Part shown: positions 59,322-64,000 of the stretch, one piece after another | How the letters are laid out: each line of letters starts with the position of its first letter | Numbering within the stretch: the stretch's first letter is position 1 | Assembly (NCBI GenBank): GCA_024763215.1 | Contig: JANTFX010000001.1 | Span: forward strand, 27,816 to 91,815 | Source of the DNA: Candidatus Krumholzibacteriia bacterium | GTDB taxonomy: Bacteria; Krumholzibacteriota; Krumholzibacteriia; LZORAL124-64-63 | DNA length: 64,000 nucleotides | Direction of reading: 5' to 3' | The notes under the pieces: model-generated | What the model saw: only the letters and a program-made list of their open reading frames with translations | Databases searched by the model: none | What the model was told of the DNA's origin: nothing | Program-made: the position numbers and the translations under genes

Positions 59322-59364
59322 TAGGACTTGATGCGGAGAATCACAGGCTTGGCCGGAGGTGGCA

Positions 59365-60379
59365 GATGGATGCTCTGAATAACAGGAAACGGTCCCGGAA
59401 ACGCTGGAGTGCCGCCGTGGGCATGGTCTTGCTGACCCTGTGCATGCTGGGGGTGGCCGCATGCAATAACGAGGATTGCGTCAGTTGTATCAACACTCCC
59501 GAGCCGCCGGTCGTTCCCACCGGTGTCTACTCGGTCAGCGGGGACAACCAGGTGACCGTCTACTGGTATGATATCTCCTATTCCCCTTATGACGGACGCT
59601 ACAACGAGAACGTGGTTTCTTATGCGGTGTACAGCAGGTTCTTCCAGGAGGGGGACCTGAATGATCCCAACCGGGATTTCTATTACATAGGGGAAGTAGC
59701 CTGGGACGAGAATTTCGATCCGGACACGGGCCAGCATTGGTTCGTCGATACGGACGTTCAGAACGGTTTCGAATACGAATACGCCGTCACCGCGGTCAAT
59801 GCAGCGGGTATGGAAAGTGCCCTGAGTTACGAAAATGTCGTCGATGCCCCCCTGCCCATGAGCCCTCCGGGCACCTTCGTGGAGGTATTCGATTCCCTCA
59901 ACGGGAGTTCCCGTCAACTGGGCGGTTTCGATTTCAGCCTGGCCGGGGAGAACCCCACCGATCTGTATGCCGGCAGGGTGGACCCCAACCAGGCCGAGTC
60001 CACCGCGGACATCCGGGTGTATTTCGAGGGCTCGGTGCCCTATGTCGAGCGCACCTCCACCAACGTGAAGATCCAGGATTTCGGGGTCTTCCTCGACGGG
60101 CAAGATAACCTGATCTTTTCCGGGGTGTCCTGGGCGCCCGCCGACGGTTACTCCAGCACCGGCAAGCTGGAACTGGTCGATGGCCACATCTACGTGCTGG
60201 AGCTCTACGATCCGCAGACCCAGAGCCTCCACTACGCCAAGTTCGGCGTGGTGGGGATCGCGCCCACGGTCTCGGTGCGTCTGGTCTGGGCATACCAGCT
60301 TATTCCGGGACTGCCGGAACTCAAGGCCCCGGAAGCGCCGGAGCCCGCCGATGGTCAACTCCGGTTCATCCGCTTCTAG
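59365..60379 (+). CDS. Secreted lipoprotein with an FN3/Ig-like beta-sandwich region
   Basis: RBS GGAGGTGG. Signal peptide plus lipobox (LGVAAC), followed by a Cys-rich stretch (NNEDCVSCINTPEPP). Strong GC3 codon bias on this strand. Confidence 0.7.
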
Positions 60380-60406
60380 CGGGATCGGAAAAGGGAGCGT
60401 GCAGTC

Positions 60407-62149
60407 ATGAAACGGATAATCAAGGCAAGCCTGCTGGTCCTGGCCCTCGGTGCGATGATTCCCATGTCCACCCTGGCCGCTGCTGCCGATGGCAAGGACA
60501 AGGATTTCGACTACGGCCAGGTCGACCTGCGGGCGGGCGTCTGGGTGGACAAGTCCGCCGATGAGGTCTACCAGGCCGGCGAGCGCCTGGATGTCGGGTT
60601 CCAGGTCAACCGGGACGCCTACGCCGTGGTCTACCGGATCGATACCGACGGTCTGGTCACCGTCCTGTGGCCCCGCACCCGCATGGACGACGGATTCGTC
60701 TTCGCCGGTCATGAATACCAGGTGCCGCTGCCAGGGTCGGCCCCCATGCAGGTCGGCGATGACGAGGGGGAGGGCTACGTGGAAATCGTGGCTTCCCTGT
60801 ACCCCTTCGATCTGCGGGAACTGGAAATCGATTTCCACGGCGAGGACCGCCGGGACCCCTACGTCTACGAGGTAGCCGGGGACCCCTTCCTGGCCATGAA
60901 CGAGGTCAACTACGCCATCACGGGTCTGGAAGATACGGCCGACTACGTGGTGACCAACTACACCACCTACTACGTGCACCGCAAGGTGGACCATCCACGT
61001 TACCTGTGTTCCCAGTGCCATGTGGATGACGGCCAGCAGTATGATCCCTACCGGGACCACTGCACCCTGGACATCGAGTATGATTACGGCTGGAGCAACC
61101 GCTGGTACGACACCTACGGGTATTATCCCGTCTACGCCCAGCCGGTATACGTGTACGTCGATCCCTGGACCTACCGCCCCTGGGTCAACTTCTGGTACTG
61201 GCCGGATTATGTCTGCGGACCCACGCTGGGATACACCTGGTATTCCGATTGCTGGGCCTGGAGCTATTCCCCCTACTACTACGGTGATGTCTACACCTAT
61301 TACAACGGAGGCGGGCGCAGGTACCGCCCCCTGACGCCCGGTGGTGGGGACCGGGTGGCGCACAAGACCCGGGACTATCGGCGCGTGACGCCCCTGGTCG
61401 AGAACGACGGGCCCGATGCCCGCCAGCGCCAGGCCATGACGCGCCGCTCCCCCGCTGCGGGTGAGGCAACGAGAACCAGGACCCCCGCGGCAGGCGGCGG
61501 GGGAACCACCGTGGCCCGCGGGAATTTCCGCGGTGAGCCGCCCGTCATCAGCGCCGGGCCGGTGGTGGACGATCCGGGCGACAGGAACCTGAAGCCCGGC
61601 CTGCGCATCCGGGAACCGGGCCAGCCGGTGGGCCGGGAACGCTCCGGCACCGGATACCGGCACGTCGCCGGGGACCGGGCGGCGAAGCCGGCCCTCAGAC
61701 CGGTGACGCCGGCGGCGCCCGTGCGGAAGCCCGGGACGACCCGGAGAGCAGGAACCCCAGCGGGCGTTCACAGGACGCGGACTCCTTCCGGGGACCGGGA
61801 AGCCTCCGGCCGCACCATCAAGCCGGTCGAGCCCCGGCGTCGAGGAACCAGGATCTGGAATTCAGGTGCCGCCACCAACCGCGGGAGCGATCGCTCGCAG
61901 CGGGTGCAGCCGCGATCCGATTCCCGCTCCAACCGGGCGCGGCAGACACCGCGGACGGCGCCGCGGACACGGACCCGTGACAGCGGTGACCGTTCCGGCG
62001 GCAAGTCCGACACCAGGGTCCGCAGCGGCGATTCAGGGGGCAGCAGGACCCAGGGGGTCAAGGAACCGGCGCGAGGAAGTGGATCGGCGACCCGCGGCAA
62101 AGGTGGCACGAGCAGCTCCCGCAGCAGCTCCGGAAGCCGCCGAAGGTAG
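60407..62149 (+). CDS. Secreted DUF4384-like protein with a Tyr/Trp-rich segment and a 270-aa Arg/Ser/Thr/Gly-rich disordered C-terminus
   Basis: RBS AAGGGAG, 27 nt after the upstream stop, so probably an operon. Signal peptide MKRIIKASLLVLALGAMIPMSTLAAA. An N-terminal domain resembling DUF4384 (AGERLDVGFQVNRDAYAVVYRIDTDGLVTVLWP). Then a Y/W-rich block and a basic RS-rich tail. Confidence 0.7.
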   Translation: MKRIIKASLLVLALGAMIPMSTLAAAADGKDKDFDYGQVDLRAGVWVDKSADEVYQAGERLDVGFQVNRDAYAVVYRIDTDGLVTVLWPRTRMDDGFVFAGHEYQVPLPGSAPMQVGDDEGEGYVEIVASLYPFDLRELEIDFHGEDRRDPYVYEVAGDPFLAMNEVNYAITGLEDTADYVVTNYTTYYVHRKVDHPRYLCSQCHVDDGQQYDPYRDHCTLDIEYDYGWSNRWYDTYGYYPVYAQPVYVYVDPWTYRPWVNFWYWPDYVCGPTLGYTWYSDCWAWSYSPYYYGDVYTYYNGGGRRYRPLTPGGGDRVAHKTRDYRRVTPLVENDGPDARQRQAMTRRSPAAGEATRTRTPAAGGGGTTVARGNFRGEPPVISAGPVVDDPGDRNLKPGLRIREPGQPVGRERSGTGYRHVAGDRAAKPALRPVTPAAPVRKPGTTRRAGTPAGVHRTRTPSGDREASGRTIKPVEPRRRGTRIWNSGAATNRGSDRSQRVQPRSDSRSNRARQTPRTAPRTRTRDSGDRSGGKSDTRVRSGDSGGSRTQGVKEPARGSGSATRGKGGTSSSRSSSGSRRR

Positions 62150-62466
62150 GATGATTGCGCAGGCGGGGCGGCCGGCCTCGCCCGCGGGCAGGGTCGGACA
62201 GTGCAGAGTGTGTGTTGGTGGTTTCCCCCCATCACCCGTCAGCCGCGCGGTAGCGGATTCTCGGAAAGGTTGGCGCCACTGGGAATCAGTAATCCGAAGG
62301 CAAGGACGGGGACACCAGCACATGTGAGAACCCGGCGAGGGAATGTCGATCAGGGGTGACAGGTACTTCGTCGGGTTCTCCTTTTTTGCGCGGACGGAAG
62401 CTTCCTTCGGCATGATCGCCGCCTGGTCACGAGCCGCCGGGGGCTGGATCTGCGCTCGGGGAATCA

Positions 62467-62496
62467 TTGACCGTGTGGGGCTGCTTTATCTATACT
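62467..62496 (+). promoter_or_regulatory. Sigma-70-type promoter: TTGACC, 18-nt spacer, TATACT
   Basis: A near-consensus -35/-10 pair about 65 nt upstream of the metalloprotease ATG at 62563. Confidence 0.45.
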
Positions 62497-62562
62497 TCCG
62501 GGTCCGAGGTTGAAACCAACGCCTGCACCGAAGCCCGAGGACATGAGAAAGGGTATGCATTC

Positions 62563-64000
62563 ATGCGGATCCGGCCTGACCGTTTTTCCCTGCTGTTGCT
62601 GAGCCTCCTGTGTGCGGTGAGCATGACGGGTATCGGCCGTTCCCTGGCCGCGGCTCCCCTTGCCGGGCAGCGGGATCTGAACCGGCTCCTCGCGCGCACG
62701 GACGCCATGGCTCCGGGGCTGCTGAGGGCGACGGCTGCGGTGCGTGATGACGGCGACCGGGACCTTCAGCGCCGGCGCCTCGCCGGCGAAAAGGCGCCCG
62801 CGGAATTGCGGGCCGTGGTCGTGATGTGCGACTTCAGCGACAGCCTGCTGCTCGGCAGGTACGGCACCCTGCCCGGGGAATTTCCGCCGCCGACCCAGAG
62901 CGAGTTCCTTTTCGCGGCCCACGATTCGGTCTATTTCCACCATTTGTTGCAGGATGTCGCCCAGTACTACCGGGCGGTCAGCGGGGGGCGGTTCACCCTG
63001 GGGTTCACCATCGTTCCCGAGGTCGTGAACCTGCCCCGGCCCATGGCGTATTACGGCGACGATGCCGAGCGGGGCGAGCAGCCGGTGGTGCTGGCGCGGG
63101 ACGCGCTGTCGGCCCTGGATCCGGTGGTCGATTTCAGCGCCTACGATACCGTGATCCTGATCCATGCCGGAGCCGGCCAGGAGACCGATATCCTGGGCGC
63201 CCATCCCGAGCAGATCTCCAGCACCTATCTGGGCCCAAGGGATTTCGTGGCCGCGGTGCAGGACAGCATCCTGGACGACCCCTGGCTCGTCGGGGGTGAT
63301 TTCCCGGACTCCGTCGGCCTGGACCACGTCCTGGTCTTGCCGGAAACGGAATACCAGGCGCCCTTCGGGGCCATCGGCAGCCTGGGCGTCTATTGCTTCG
63401 AGGTCGGCCTGCGCCTGGGCATGCTGTCCCTCAGCGATTTCACCCCGGCGGGGAATCCCGACAGCCAGGGCATCGGCATCATGGGGCTGATGGGGTACGG
63501 CCTGTACGCCGGAGCGGGGCTGATTCCCCCTGAACCCTGCGCCTTCAACAAGCTGCTCATGGGCTGGATCGACCCGGTGGCCGTGCAGCCCGGTTCGCCG
63601 GGCCGCTACGAATTGTCGCCCGCCGAAGATCCCCAGGGGGCGGCCGCGGCCGCGCGGGTGGACATCAACGGGCAGGAGTACTGGCTGCTGGAATACCGGC
63701 TCCAGGATCCTGACGGCAACAACGTGTTCTCCTTCGGGGACGACAAGAACCACAACGGGATCCCCGATTTCTACGACATGGATTCGGCCCTGGGCAACGG
63801 GATCCCGACGGGGTTCTTCGACCCGGCCGTCGATTCCCTCGAGACGCTGGTCGGGGCCGAATGGGACTTTGCCATGACGGCCAATTCCGCCCGGCCCCGC
63901 GGGGTCAACGCGGCAGGCAGCGGAATCTTCATCTGGCACGTGGACGAGGGCGTCATCCGCGACGCGTTCGGCGCCGAAGGCAACCTGTTCAACGCCGACC
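62563..64000 (+). CDS. Secreted M6-family (immune inhibitor A-like) metalloprotease domain protein, 3'-partial
   Basis: The frame is open to the window end, so it is absent from the ORF track (which needs a stop). Signal peptide MRIRPDRFSLLLLSLLCAVSM. The N-terminal M6-type block LRAVVVMCDFSDSLL. No HEXXH lies within the window; it is expected downstream. Confidence 0.6.
   Translation, partial: MRIRPDRFSLLLLSLLCAVSMTGIGRSLAAAPLAGQRDLNRLLARTDAMAPGLLRATAAVRDDGDRDLQRRRLAGEKAPAELRAVVVMCDFSDSLLLGRYGTLPGEFPPPTQSEFLFAAHDSVYFHHLLQDVAQYYRAVSGGRFTLGFTIVPEVVNLPRPMAYYGDDAERGEQPVVLARDALSALDPVVDFSAYDTVILIHAGAGQETDILGAHPEQISSTYLGPRDFVAAVQDSILDDPWLVGGDFPDSVGLDHVLVLPETEYQAPFGAIGSLGVYCFEVGLRLGMLSLSDFTPAGNPDSQGIGIMGLMGYGLYAGAGLIPPEPCAFNKLLMGWIDPVAVQPGSPGRYELSPAEDPQGAAAAARVDINGQEYWLLEYRLQDPDGNNVFSFGDDKNHNGIPDFYDMDSALGNGIPTGFFDPAVDSLETLVGAEWDFAMTANSARPRGVNAAGSGIFIWHVDEGVIRDAFGAEGNLFNAD

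Noticed and set aside
59258-61771. 837-aa minus-strand ORF spanning the lipoprotein and DUF4384 genes
   Set aside because: It is antisense to two plus-strand genes that have Shine-Dalgarno sites, signal peptides and strong GC3 bias. Its translation is Gly/Pro/Arg-rich with no motifs.
62464-63939. 491-aa minus-strand ORF at the window end
   Set aside because: The plus-strand frame, open to the window end, has a signal peptide, M6-like motifs and a sigma-70 promoter. The minus ORF is an antisense artefact.

Overview
This is a high-GC (about 68-70%) bacterial chromosomal segment, densely coding on both strands. I found no transposase, integrase, CRISPR array or phage genes. Most of the window is conserved housekeeping synteny:
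- tadA, then a tRNA-Ser/tRNA-Ser/tRNA-Ala cluster, then a 4.5S/SRP-RNA-like element, then dnaX-ybaB-recR.
- pgpA-cinA-thpR-recA-recX.
- A cell-envelope glycan cluster: rmlD-gmhA-wbaP-like-UbiA prenyltransferase-DUF362.
- ispE-spoVG-tRNA-Gln-prs-ctc-pth-rpsF-rpsR-yybS-like-rplI.
- A MoxR/DUF58/BatA/BatB/BatD (Bacteroides-aerotolerance-like) operon, with a tandem DUF507 pair divergent from it.
- queD, an HDOD signalling protein, tdk, btpA-like, rmlB, a B3/4-domain protein, an M28-PDZ peptidase, a cation diffusion facilitator (CDF) transporter, fadD, mutY, an Rrf2 regulator and rlmN.

Less ordinary content:
1. A Myxococcus-like mglB-mglA polarity GTPase/GAP pair embedded between recR and pgpA.
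2. A double N-acetylmuramoyl-L-alanine amidase whose second domain has lost its zinc ligands.
3. A BatB/C fusion carrying a roughly 100-aa CAG-encoded poly-Gln/Lys/Asp tract.
4. The locus at 53.5-64 kb, which I rate the most interesting in the window:
   - two sigma-54 enhancer-binding proteins in tandem (an orphan NtrC-like response regulator and a 1042-aa TPR-GAF-AAA-HTH activator), flanking a small acidic secreted protein;
   - then an atypically AT-rich, hairpin-dense 880-bp intergenic region carrying a -24/-12 (sigma-54-type) promoter match, a candidate upstream activator site and a possible small structured RNA;
   - then a secreted-protein operon (a Cys-rich FN3-like lipoprotein, a DUF4384 protein with a Tyr/Trp-rich segment and a 270-aa Arg/Ser-rich disordered tail) and a sigma-70-promoted M6-like metalloprotease.

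All calls rest on reading the translated ORFs and on motif recognition; I ran no database searches. Start codons were reassigned where an RBS or N-terminal homology suggested it. The ORF track labels GTG/TTG starts as M.
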